From NCBI GenBank assembly GCA_964016885.1, contig OZ024740.1, positions 51,336,001 through 51,400,000 of the forward strand: a stretch of 64,000 bases of DNA, given 5' to 3'. The stretch comes from Eledone cirrhosa. Lineage: Eukaryota. The position numbers and the translations under genes are program-made. Below, piece by piece: positions 38,703 through 50,908 of this stretch. Below the pieces are notes generated by a model. It made no database searches. It worked only from the letters and a program-made list of their open reading frames with translations, and was not told the origin of the DNA. The first letter of the stretch is position 1; each line of letters opens with the position of its first letter.

Positions 38703-38861
38703 CAGGCATGTCAAACTGAGGGTCCCCTGAGGGCCACATGGGTCACATATGTGTTGTCTGAGGGCCACACATTACAACTAATTTTACAAAGATAAAACAT
38801 GCTTGTGCTGTAAAAACCTTTATGTGGGCCACAAGTGTGCTTGTAAAGTTTGATATGCCTG
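38703..38861. mobile_element. hAT-like MITE
   Basis: TIR caggcatgtcaaac / gtttgatatgcctg with internal gggcc motifs; TSD not clear. Confidence 0.6.
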
Positions 38862-39320
38862 GTATATGAACTTTTTTATGATAATATATGTGTGTGTGTG
38901 TGTGTGTGTATGAGAGTAAAAGAGGGGGGAGAGAATGTGTGTGTGTACGTGTATCTGTATGCATGTGTGTATACACAGCGTGGTTGTTTGAATTTTTTTT
39001 ATTGAAGTTATTTTACTGGTTAAAAATAAGTTACGTTTTAGCTTGTTCAGAGGAGAATCAACTAGTGTATACATGTATGTATAATTATATAGAATTCTTT
39101 ATAATGTATATATATAGATATATAAGAAAATATAAAAAATCTCGAACACAGAAAATAACTGTGAACACATTTGATTGCTATAAAGAATAGCTTAGAAAAT
39201 AGACAGAAAAAGTGGCAAGCATTCACTACAGAGAATATAACTCTGTACTTCTCAAATTCTGGATGAGTGCTCTGAACCATTGAACTAAATGACTCCTGAC
39301 AACTATTATTGAAGCTTTAA

Positions 39321-39515
39321 CCCTTTAGCATTTACATTACTATTGTATTTTCGCAGTAAAGGCTTTATCTTACATAATATTGAATCTGAGATTTTGATAT
39401 TATTTATTTTGAGAACAATACTTTAACATCAGTATGAATGGCTAGTTAGGGCTGGTTTGAACAGAAAGAGGTGAGAGAATTCTGGTCGGTTACAGCTAGT
39501 TTGATTGCTAAAGGG
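39321..39515. mobile_element. piggyBac-like MITE
   Basis: TTAA|ccctttagca ... tgctaaaggg|TTAA. Confidence 0.78.
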
Positions 39516-39949
39516 TTAAATGTAATAACATTTCTAATCAAACCATCAGAGCATTGAGTTAGTTGAAATTCTACATTTTCTAAGAATCAGCCTATTCTAT
39601 CTCAGGAAAGAGTGAGTAAATGTTGCCAATGACAAATAAAAATCCAGAAACAGCTGTCTAGTATTGTCACAGCCACTGAGATAGCTGTGACATGATGACA
39701 GCTTTTAAAACATTCATAACAAAACTTTCATGTTTGTTATACATAAACATATCATATACGCTTCCATATACACTCCTGTGAATAAGTATTTATACTTTTC
39801 CAATATGTTTTGTTTATTTTATTCCCACCTCCCTCACTTTCTCCTATTTTATGACATAACTGAGAATAATCAGTCAAGATGACATTGAGAAAGTTTTATT
39901 ATTTGTAAGATCTAGACTTAGAAAATCTCATGTCTTGAGATGCACAAGG

Positions 39950-41460
39950 CAGCCAAAGTGCCTCCAATGACCACAGTTAGTTGCATCTATCAATACATTG
40001 TTCTAACTTTTGTTGATTGACTTCAGATTTCTGTCAATTGTCAGCTGCTAGTTCATCTTAACACGTCCTCTTCACCTCTTTCCATGGGGGTACCAATACA
40101 TCCATGGGGGTACCAATACAAGACATGGCTATCATGTCTTGTATTGGTAGTCGTGTGGTATATCTCAACTACCCAAGTTAACACTTACACATAATTTTAG
40201 ACACACGTTAGTGGGTTCCCTGATGGACTTCCTTGTTGGTGATGAAGCCATCCCACTTGATGCCAAGGAATTTCTCTAGGTATTTGGTGTCAAAGGCTGG
40301 TCTTCACACACCACATTTCACACTCGTACAGGAACATTGAAAGTACATTGCTGTTGTAAAATATCATTTTGGTACTAAGCGAAAATTTGTTTTTTCTCCA
40401 GATCTTATTGGGTTGCTTAAAGGCAGCCAAAGCTTTGCCTATTCTGTAATTAATTTCTTTTGACATGTCCCCACTTCTGTTGAGTTTCTGAGGTAGGCAA
40501 AGTCATCTATGACTTCCACATCATCCTTATTGATGCAGACGTTTGTTCGTGATGGATGAATAACAACTAACATGTTCTTTGTATTTTTGACACTGATGTA
40601 AAGAAAGATGTCGCTATCTCATCTATCAGATGAGATAGGGTCATCGTTGGATGTATTTTTGGCCATGGCCGCAATATCATCTCCAAAGTCAAGATCTGAG
40701 AGCTTCTGTTCCTCTAGCCAGTTAATCCCCTTATCTTCTATTGCCCCTCTGAGAATCCAGTCGATGACGAAAACAAAGAGAATTGGAGACAGTGTGCATC
40801 CTTGGTGGACTCCTGTGATAACTTCAAACTACTCACTATAACCATCCTCAGTTCTTATGCAGCATTTTCAATCAGTATGGAAATAATTGATGGCTGAGAT
40901 GGTCTGTCATAAACTTGCATGATAAGGAGGGTTTATGTAAGCTATTGAATGCTTTAGTAAAGTTAATGAATGTGATGGCAAATGCTACTTGGAATTCATT
41001 GTATTCTTCGATGATGCATTGTAGAGTAAATATTTGATCAGCACAGAAACGTTTGAGTTGGAATCCAGCTAGCTGTTCATGTAAGCAGCAAGCTGGATTC
41101 CAACTCAAACTCTCCTGTACCAATGATTAACTGCCTCTTTCACTCAATTCAGGAAAACCTGGCAGAACATCTTTTCTGGTATGGATAGAAGTGTTACTCC
41201 CTCCAGTTTTCACATTCTGCAAGATTACTCTTTTGGGGGATGCAGGCAACTGCTCCGTTCTTCTAGTCCTCCAGAACCTCACCTGTATCCCAGATCTGGT
41301 TGCATAACTAACACATATCTATATGGTGACGCATTCCCCTCCGCTTTTAAACATCTCTGTAGTGATGTCATCCATACCGGGTGATTTATTATTTTTTAGA
41401 GTTTTGATGGTCTTCATTATTTCTTACCCTGAGAAGTCACCAGTGTTAACTGGGACATAA
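39950..41460 (-). mobile_element. Degenerate RTE-like LINE fragment
   Basis: CADQIFTLQCIIEEYNEFQ, FTKAFNSLH, GVHQGCTLSPILF, DLDFGDDI. Confidence 0.8.
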
Positions 41461-43670
41461 GAGGGTTCTTTGGTTACTGTCAGTTTAATACTTCCTTTAA
41501 TGTAAATAAATATCCCACAATATAATCACATTCTATTGTATCTAAAATTAAGAAACACACACACATACACATAAACACACAGGTACGTGTGTGTGGAGAG
41601 ATGTATGTATAAATATGTGTGTGAGTGTATGTGTGTGTATGTATGTATGTGTGTGTGTGTCCGTGTGTATGTATGTAACCAGTGAATGGCTACCATTGTT
41701 CAAGCGTAGGACAAAATGACATGCATTATCTGTTCTGGGTCTCTGAGCTCTGAGTTCAAATCTCTCCAGGATCAACTTTTCATTTCATCCTTTCTGGGTC
41801 AATAAAATAAAGTACCAGTCCAAAGCGATGGGTTAGTGGAATGAATAGAGCTTTGGCAAAATGTCTTGCTGTATTTATTCTAGCTCTTTGCATTCTGATT
41901 TCAAATTCTATCATGGCTAGACTTAATATGTTACATGGTTTAACACTATTACTATGCCCTCAAGTGTTGTTAATGGATTCTACTCAGTTGCAAGCATTTG
42001 GAGCAGGTCTCTGGTTTGAAGATAATTTTCTCCCTCCTTCCTACCAGTCTAGTGATGGTGGGAGGAGGTGGGCCTGAAAAAGGCTAAGGGCATTGTTTCT
42101 CACTAAACAGTAAAAAATGTGTGTATGTTGTTGGACTATTGTTGTTTCCGATGACGAGTGTTCCAGTTATTCAAACAACAGAACAGTTTGGAGAAATTAA
42201 TATGTACCTGGCTGATCATTCCAATGTCTGAGATGTTGACATATCAAATGGCCATCATCTTATTCTCGTGTCTTGGAGACAAAGGAAGGCATACTGATAA
42301 ATAGCCTGCTCTCAGTCAATCAAGACAGTTGCAGCTAAGATGTAGTGGTCAATTGTTTCACACTCTGACCTTATGGGTCTCTCTTTGTTTTCTTCTCTTG
42401 GTCTCTCTGTCGGCCAAATTCATCCCATCAACAGAAGTTTGGTAAATGACGATCATGATGGCGACAGCGGTGGCATCAACAACAACAATGAATTTTAACT
42501 AAGGGGCTAAGATGGACTAAATAGTTAGCTGTTCCATTACTCCTCTGCTACTGTCTCTACCACAGCACTCCACTCACTTCATAAGTGAAAATATTTCAAG
42601 GTGGCTTTTGGGAAGGGATGTTTTACTTTCAGTATTTAAAATTGCAGGCAATAAAATGAAAGTGAATGAAATATATGTCTTATCAGAGCCTTAGGAAAGA
42701 TTCTTTCTTTTCTAGGACTTTGATCAAACTGTCTCGCTTTGTCGAGCTAATTTATTGTTTGACTGCATTCACACTGTTGTGTGGGAGCAGGTCAGTATCG
42801 AAAATAATTCACAAACAATTTATTCATAAAAATATTTTCACAAATAAATATTTGATTTATCAAGTTAAAAAAAAATTAAAAGGCAAATGAAACGTGCTTT
42901 TCATTTTCAGTTCCTCAATATTTAAAATCCTACTTGGATGGTAAAGTTAATGTCACTAAGTTTAACATCACCATCTGACTATTTGGGTGTCCACTCTGTT
43001 GTTAGCAATCAGAGATTTGAAGATACCTTATGCTTTCTCTCAACCACAAATGCAAGAAAAACAAAAATGATCCCAGTATGGTTCTAAACTCGGAATGTTC
43101 TGGTATTTCTTTCAAAATGAAACTTGATTTCTAATTTAGGCACAAACTCAGCAAATTTTGGGAAAAGGCAAAGTTGATAATTCATTTCCAATACTTGAGC
43201 AATATTTTATTTTGTCAACTCTGCAAGGATGAAAGGCAAAGTTTACCATGGTGGGATTTGAATTCAGAATGGAAATTGCCAGAACAAATACCACTATGGT
43301 ATTTTATCTTATGCCCTACCTATTCTGTTAACACACCACTTTTTGTAAATAAAAATATTAATTTCTAACATATGCACAAAACCTCAAATTTGGGGAATGA
43401 ATGGGTATATTTGATTGGATCAATCCCAATACACAAATTGGCACTTATTTTATTGACCTTAGTGGAATTTAAGCTCAGAACATCAAATTAAAGAACTAAA
43501 CACTATAGGATGTTTTAACTGTCACTTTATCAATTCTATTGATCCTCTGCCCTTTGTAAGTAGAAATATTTTAATGGCGAAAAAAATCTGTCTTCACCAT
43601 TCATTCTCACCCTGAAATTTATTTCTTATTACAATTGAAATTATAAATTATTTTCCTCTCTATTTTGCAG

Positions 43671-43697
43671 GAAAACAAAAGAGCAGAGAATAGCTAA
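43671..43697 (+). CDS. Putative terminal coding exon (ENKRAENS*), followed by 3' UTR
   Basis: Strong acceptor ttttcctctctattttgcag|G in phase 0, matching the 34386 donor; AATAAA near 43758 and 44267. Confidence 0.6.
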   Translation, partial: ENKRAENS

Positions 43698-46491
43698 AAC
43701 AAGCATGCATCTGTTTACAATATACCATCCAAGTCAGACAGCCAATTTTGAATATGAAATAAAAGAAGACTGCAATGCTATTGTTGGTTAATTATAGGAT
43801 CATTATTTTTGTAAACTAACAGCACAACAATGTTATATTTCAATATCCTATCAAGAACAAATGGTATTTAAGAGCTAAAACTGCTAACAACTTAACAAAA
43901 AATATAAAGAACAAATTAGAATTTGATAGTGCTGGTGTGTGTGTGTGTGTGTGTGCATTTATGTGTGTGTGTGTGTGCATGAACATGGCATCATAGTATG
44001 ATGTCATCAAATGTTAACACAATTAGTGGGTCAATATGTTTTGGGCTAACGTGACATAATAGTGTTAACATCTGATGACGTCACACTGGTACAAGTTGCT
44101 ATTGTAATGATTGCACAACAGCTCCATGCCAGTATCACAGAAATACGTATAATAAGAAATACTAGTGGGACCTGTGAACTAGTGGAACAAAAATTAAGAG
44201 GAGCTATGTAAGAAAGAAAGGATGATTTGCATTTTAATTGCATATAAATATTATTGTTGCTTGTCCAATAAATGATACAAAAAATATACAATAACAAACT
44301 ATACAATACTTCATACATATCATTTGTTAGTATTTAATTTTATTGAAGCTACATGATCAATATATAATTGCATATTCCTTATTACGCAATATTTTATCAT
44401 AGTTGCTTTAAATTATATACAATTGATTTACACAAAACGATATAGAGAATATATACAATGCTTATATTTACTTGATTAGTTTCAATTCTATTGCAGCTTG
44501 CAACTCTTTAACTGGACTCAGAATTATCTTAATATCTTTTTGCATACAATGTTCTTTGTCACAGTTTTATTATCTCGCCTCCTTTGCTTATTGGTGTTCA
44601 ATATTTTAATTTTTATATCTGACTATCTGCGTACTCTTGAGAAAGCGACATACAATTTCCCATGACTAAATACTGGTTCAGGAAGGAACAGACCTACTTT
44701 GTCTGTTTGACCCAGGTTCCTTTTGATAGTCATAGCATATGACAGTCTTACCGGAAACTGGGTTCTTTCCAAAGTAAAAGGGATGTTGGGATCAATGAAG
44801 GCTAACTTCGGGATCAAAACACGCTGCCTATCAAAGGACCGTTGATATGAGAAGCTTCAATGGAATGTTGATGCAATCCCACAACTTCTAATCTTGTGCC
44901 ATTGCATAATCCGTTCTGGGTTGAAATATTCCATAGAAGCATTATATATTGATCCTGCTTTTAATTGGAGTTTGTGACGCGGTATCCCGGAAGGTGTGAG
45001 GGAGTTCAGAAATTCAGTAGAATATCTGTCTACCTCTGTAGACTCATCAGCGAGCACTCTATCTGTACTGTAATAAGTATGGCTGTTGCCAAGGAGTTGT
45101 CTGAGAACCTCTTCATTGATTAATAGGTAATCAACATTTTGGGGAGATAAAATTACTTGCATTCTTTTCTCTTATTGCATTGTATCACTGAAAGTTTATT
45201 TCACTAAAGAGTCACTTACACATGAGAATGGAATAAACTTCAACATCATCTTCACTAGAGTATTCTGCTTCAATTTGAGGTGTTGTTCCATTGTCAAGAT
45301 GTAATAGCCACTTTGCAAACTCTCTCTGATTTTCTCTTACTCTGATATTATTGTTTAATGTAAAATCCTGAAAGAGGTGCTACAGATGGGAGTTTATAAG
45401 GCATATTTCTAATGTGGTTTCACAGGTACTCCTTGGTAATATTGGTAGCACTTACCTGAAGTCACCTCCCAAAAGCAAAACCTTTCCTCCAAACACTTCA
45501 TTGATACCAGTGATGTCTTGAAGGCACTTGTCAACAGCATGAATTTTATAGGAAGGAATCATAGAAGCCTCGTCCACTATTATGAGATCCAGGTTCCGTA
45601 AGTAATTGACATGGTCAGATGAGCCATACACATTACATACACTGGTCTCTGTTAGTGGAACAGGTCATTTAAATAAATTGTGTATAGTTCTACCTCACAG
45701 CTGCAGTCCAAGCATTGCAACACACATGAGAGTTATTCATCAGGAGGTGAGAAAACAGGTCTGTTTTCCCACACCCTCCAGGTGCATCTGCATAGAAGCA
45801 GGTATGTGCAGGCCTTTCAACTTTTCACCTCTGTTTCTTTTCAGTAAGAGAATCAATATCAGAGTCTTTGATGTTACCTTGGGGCTCAGGTTCAAGCATC
45901 TCAATGAGCTGAGGTAGGCCCAGTCTTGTGAAGTTGGTACCAGTTTCAATCAATATTGTGTTAATGTAACTAGGTTCAACATTTTCAGCTTACTGCCATC
46001 TATCCCTTGATGAAAGTAGTCCTTAATCATTGATTCCTATGGGTGTTCCACAGCTGAAGTGATTTGGTTGGCACAGAGTAAATGCTCAGAGCAGCAAACA
46101 TCATACAAAACTGTGTTGGCATGTGGTGGGTTGCAGCTTCTTGCGGAGCTTGGCTGAAATAGTCATTTTCTATACAACCAAGTTGCAAGCATGCCTCTTT
46201 GAAGGTTAGAAATGTTTCTCCCTCTACATAGTTCTTCAAAACTCTTAGTGCCTGGCATATAAAGTAACAATATTCTTAAATAAAATGTTTCAACAACTCT
46301 GGGGCTGACTATGTACATTCTACTAATGATGTTATTCTTCCTTCTTCTTGGCATCCATTTTCTGTTTCATTGAACACAGTGTTCTAGAATTCTGGATATA
46401 GGTAGCTGCCTGCATTTTTGTCTTCTTCATTAAGCTTGAACCAGACAGTAAGGGTCATGTCTTGGTGTCCTGTTTCTACCATGACCTGAGC

Positions 46492-46662
46492 CAGTGATGT
46501 AGCTAAAGTGAGTGCTGTCCTGGGCAGCCCTTCAATTTGCTGCCCCTGCGCCCCCTCAAAAAATATATATTGCTCTTATAGAACACCTCTAGCCTACAGC
46601 AGACCAAAAGTGCTGCCACCATAAAAGTGTCGCCAGGGGCGGACCCTCTAGCTACACTAGTG
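46492..46662. mobile_element. hAT-type MITE inserted in the Helitron
   Basis: 8-bp TSD acctgagc (46484-46491, 46663-46670); imperfect TIR cagtgatgtagctaaag / ctctagctacactagtg. Confidence 0.8.
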
Positions 46663-46721
46663 ACCTGAGCATTGCCTCTTTGAAAGCAAATTCTCTGTTG
46701 GTTCTCCAGGTATATAAGCTA

Positions 46722-47333
46722 GAGACCAGCCAAGCTCATGGATGTTACCCAACCATCTTGCTCAGGGTCTACCCCTGGGTCTCCTGCTGGTTGGTTTTGA
46801 CCGCCATAATATTAATAGAGAAATTAATCTCATTGTAAACAAACTAAACCTTGAGTGACATACTGAAACTTACACCTCAAAACACCCAGATTTACTTTAT
46901 AGGATCAAAATGTTGACTTTAATACTAACCCCTCTATCAGACTTTGCCCATCCACCTCAGATATAGGTAGAATCAGTAAACAATTTTTAGACAGAATAAT
47001 CCCGGATTTGAAACAAAAACCTAGCTTAAGATTGTGGAACAATACTGATGAAGTATTGAGTTGATTAACTAAACTCCAAAATAAAAATAAATTAAGTTTT
47101 TTTGCAATTCGATATAGGCCTCTTTCTCTCTAATCTCTTTAACATGTCCTTTATAACCAGGAAGACCATAATTGAATTTGATGGCTGCCTTAGGACCTGG
47201 AAAAACTGCCCTGATAATTTCGATATTAATATGGGTTCAGGTGATTCTGCCCAAGTCATTGATTTAGTAGGTATTTTCTTACTAAATAAACTTAAAAGAC
47301 ATTTTCCCACCTTTTGGAGAGGGCTTATATTGT
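46722..47333 (+). mobile_element. Penelope-like RT fragment plus RTE piece; inverted duplicate of 48626-49228
   Basis: FDINMGSGDSAQVIDLVGIFLL PLE RT motif; near-identical reverse complement downstream. Confidence 0.88.
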
Positions 47334-48249
47334 ATGCAATGTACCATGAATCTTAAATTCATAGAGATGCCACACTGCTTCTGGTGGAGACACATACCTG
47401 CGACCAAGATAGTTTTTATTTCATGGTTGTGTTGGTTCTAATCATCATTAGGTAATGCATTCTTGGTTACTTCTATAGACCTCAATGATGTCCCTTGTAA
47501 ACTTAGTTAAAGATGTACTTGATGCTTTTTACAGAAGTGCAAACTTCAGCATTAATATGCACACAATATTTCTTAAGCAAAAAGGCATTAAATGGCACAA
47601 CATTCCTGTTGTCTACTGAATGTTGTCTAGTTTGCACTGTAGTTCCAGTCTTGCTCCTCCTGTAATCTGGATATCCATTTAGGTTCAATAATGTTTCCTC
47701 TGTCGGTTTTTGGATAATTCTTTTGGCAAAAACCATTTTGCACGCATGGGGAAGAAGGGTTTCTAGACACACATGGCCAATGGATCATTAACCTTTTAAT
47801 CTGCTCATGTCGTACCAGATCATTTTCCAATGCAAGGGTTTCTGGTGACATGATTCTATCAATGTCTTCTCTATTTCTAAATTTGTCTCCATTTCTTAAG
47901 ATGACCAACATTGGAACTCAGTGACATGATCATGAACTACTTGTACACCAAGACTGTGTCTCTCTTTTATATCTTTCAACATTTCAGAAAGCTGAGCCTT
48001 AAAAATCCAAGCAATTAAATCTTGACTGTTTTCTGCTGTTTCATTTTGATTTAGATTATTTCAAATATTAGAGCATTTAGGGTTGCATATATAAGTGAAT
48101 AAAAGAATTCATGACAATATAATTTAATTTTGAATAGTGTACTATTATTATAATCTCTTTTCATTTTATACACACTGACTGTCTCTCTTGCTCTCCCCAT
48201 CTTTCACTATTATAAGCAAACGGGAGCCTATGCACTGGTTGACCCACAA

Positions 48250-48525
48250 CCTTGGCTAACAGAATAGAGAAGGCGTTTCCCCAGAGGATGGTGAGGGAGA
48301 CGCATTGGAAGAGTCATTCCAGCTCACGAGGTTCACACCTGCGGGTACCAAACTGCGTGCCGATAGTGGTGAGTAAAGAGGTGTTCCTAGGGCCAAGGAC
48401 ACCAGAAGTTTCCACTGCCGTGCCACGGGCTCTACTACAAACATGTCGAAGAGCGACCGATATTTGGAGAGTTTACCTTCTTCAGCCCAAAGTGCAACAG
48501 AGTCTGGGTTAGTTAAAGACTGCAC
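48250..48525 (-). mobile_element. CRE-like non-LTR element C-terminal restriction-like endonuclease remnant
   Basis: Frameshift-joined AEEGKLSKYRSL...EPVA/VETSGVLGP...EPRE...LFQCVSLTILWGNAFSIL. Confidence 0.7.
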
Positions 48526-48559
48526 AAGGTTGCCGCAAGTTATATTCCCTAAAGAATTT

Positions 48560-49310
48560 ATGTAAACGTTTTTTACTTAGTTCTTGGTTTCTACTCTTTC
48601 TGTTAATAGTGAAGAGGGCATCATCACAATATAAGCCCTCTCCAAAAGGTGGGAAAATGTCTTTTAAGTTTATTTAGTAAGAAAATACCTACTAAATCAA
48701 TGACTTGGGCAGAATCATTAATTAATATCGAAATTATCAGGGCAGTTTTTCCAGGTCCAAAGGCAGCCATCAAATTCAATTATGGTCTTCCTGGTCATAA
48801 AGGACCTGTTAAAGAGATTAGAGAGAAAGAGACCTATATCGAATTGCAAAAAACTTAATTTATTTTTATTTTGGAGTTTAGTTAATCAACTCAATACTTC
48901 ATCAGTATTGTTCCACAATCTTAAGCTAGGTTTTTGTTTCAAATCCGGGATTATTCTGTCTAAAAATTGTTTACTGATTCTACCTATGTCTGAGGTGGAT
49001 GGGCAAAGTCTGATAGAGGGGTTAGTATTAAAGTCAACATTTTGATCCTATAAAGTAAATCTAGGTGTTTTGGGGTGTAAGTTTCAGTATGTCACTCAAG
49101 GTTTAGTTTGTTTACAATGAGATTAATTTCTCTATTAATATTATGGCGGCCAAAACCAACCAGCAGGAGACCCAGGGGTAGACCCTGAGCAAGATGGTTG
49201 GGTAACATCCATGAGCTTGGCTGGTCTCGCTTGAGGATCCAGCCAGATCAGTTGGAGATGGTTACTTCTGACAGGACCTGCTGGAAGGAATGTTTGAGGA
49301 CTTTGTCCCC
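48560..49310 (-). mobile_element. Penelope-like RT fragment (to ~49140) abutting a plus-strand RTE-like 3' piece (RRPRGRP.ARW)
   Basis: Same RT motifs as 46810-47333, continuing into DDALF. Confidence 0.8.
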
Positions 49311-49480
49311 ACAACCCTCTCAGGAATAAGTGGGTGATGAAGAAATCAGCTAATACAAATATATCTTTTTTGTTTTTTGAAATTAAGTACAAGATCATAA
49401 AGGAAAGTTCATAAATATTGAACGAAAACATTTATGCTTACATTTCTGGTATTTCCTCAGATAAGAAAACAATATATATA

Positions 49481-49744
49481 TAAAATAATACAAGGACGAA
49501 TGGTTACTCCTTCATTATGTTTATTGGTTGGTGACGCGCGTTTCACTACTGATCAGCTCAAGGGCCAATCTGGCCTGACTCTGGAATCAAAAGCTCATTA
49601 CTACTACAGAGGTCCGACGAGCTTTTGATTCCAGAGTCGGGCCAGATCAATACAGATCGAACCATGAGCTGATCAGTAGCGAAACGCGCATCACCAACTA
49701 ATAAACATAATGAAGGAGTAACCATTCATCCTTGTATTATTTTA
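49481..49744. repeat. ~260-bp fold-back containing a hammerhead motif (49611-49695 +)
   Basis: Arms taaaataatacaagg...ctgatcagctca / tgagctgatcag...ccttgtattatttta. Right arm: ggt-CCGACGA-gct...agc-GAAAC-GCGC-ATC-acc; left arm retains GAAACGCGCGTC. Confidence 0.88.
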
Positions 49745-50096
49745 TTACACTCTCTCTAGCTCCACACCTTGATACTGACGTGAACATAAACATCAAGTGC
49801 TCACCCAGGTGAACCTACAGTAACTCCGCATTACATTCCCTGGATATATATATATATATATAAAGGATAAATTGTGTGGAGTCATAGAGGCACCACCATA
49901 TGGTGTGTCTAGGGCACTTTTATACCCGGCGGAGCACAACCATCTCCAGGTCTGAACACAGCCGATTTTTTTCTATAGAGAAAGAATCGACCCCAGTACT
50001 GAACTGGTACTTTTTTATATCGACATCGAAAGGATGAAAAGCAAAGTTGACCACAGCGGGATTTGAACTCAGAGCGCGCAATATACATACATATAT

Positions 50097-50129
<33 letters not shown>

Positions 50130-50908
50130 ATGAAGGAAGTGTAGTAAGGAACCAGGTGGACCATAACCCACCAGAGTACTTGATATTATGGGTAGTAGAG
50201 TGGGTAATGTGAAAAGAGTCAGGACCCCAACGGCTGAGCTCCGGCCGTTTCAACAGCCGAACTGTTCAGAAATAGCTGTTGCCAGGATACAATTCAGGAA
50301 TAAAAGATTAATTTGTTTAACTCTCCCGGAATTAGATAGTCATTTTTATTGAATGAAAGTAATTGTTTCCTTGCCTATGGAAATACCATGAATCTACTCT
50401 TAGATTCTAGATAATAAGGGAAATAAATTTTCTAGGTTGTTTTCGTTGATTTTTTCAAAACCAGAATTGGTCGTTTAGTTTACATATTGAAACTCCAACC
50501 CATCCTAATTATTTTAATACATATGGGATTTCTAGTAATGTACGTTTTTTTGTTATGTATAATGTTTTTTAATGAATGAATAAAGAAAATTAATTGTCAC
50601 AGGAATGCTAACACATAAAATGAAATTTCGCCGGAGATAGATTAGCAAAATTTGATAAGTGAGTGGGGGGGGGGGGGGGGGTCCTGAAAAATCAACAAGC
50701 GGGTGGGGTTAACGATTATTTGAGACCTGAGAGTAAGCGTAAATAATTTTTGCACAATATTTATGTCCGTTTATCATTTTTATAACATACGATTCATTTA
50801 AATATCGCAAATATAGCCTGCTTCAAAAACTTGTATCCATTTAATTTTTAGCAGAAATGCTTTTGTTGTAATTGGTAGCGGAGATTATTTACTTAAAGAA
50901 GATATAGA

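Larger units (their letters stand above)
44520..48110 (-). mobile_element. Degenerate Helitron RepHel
   Basis: Rep: FTYICNPK, GYPDYRR, VDNRNVVPFNAFLLKKYCVHINAEVCTSVKSIKYI, RYVSPPEAVW, ETFYLRILL. Helicase: FGGKVLLLGGDFR, EFLNSLTPSGIPRHKL, QFPVRLSYAMTI, VFSHGKLYVAFSRV. Confidence 0.93.

Noticed and set aside
44040-44520. Helitron 3' hairpin plus CTAG terminus
   Set aside because: CTAG sites near 44162 and 44179 lack a convincing GC-rich hairpin; terminus not assigned.
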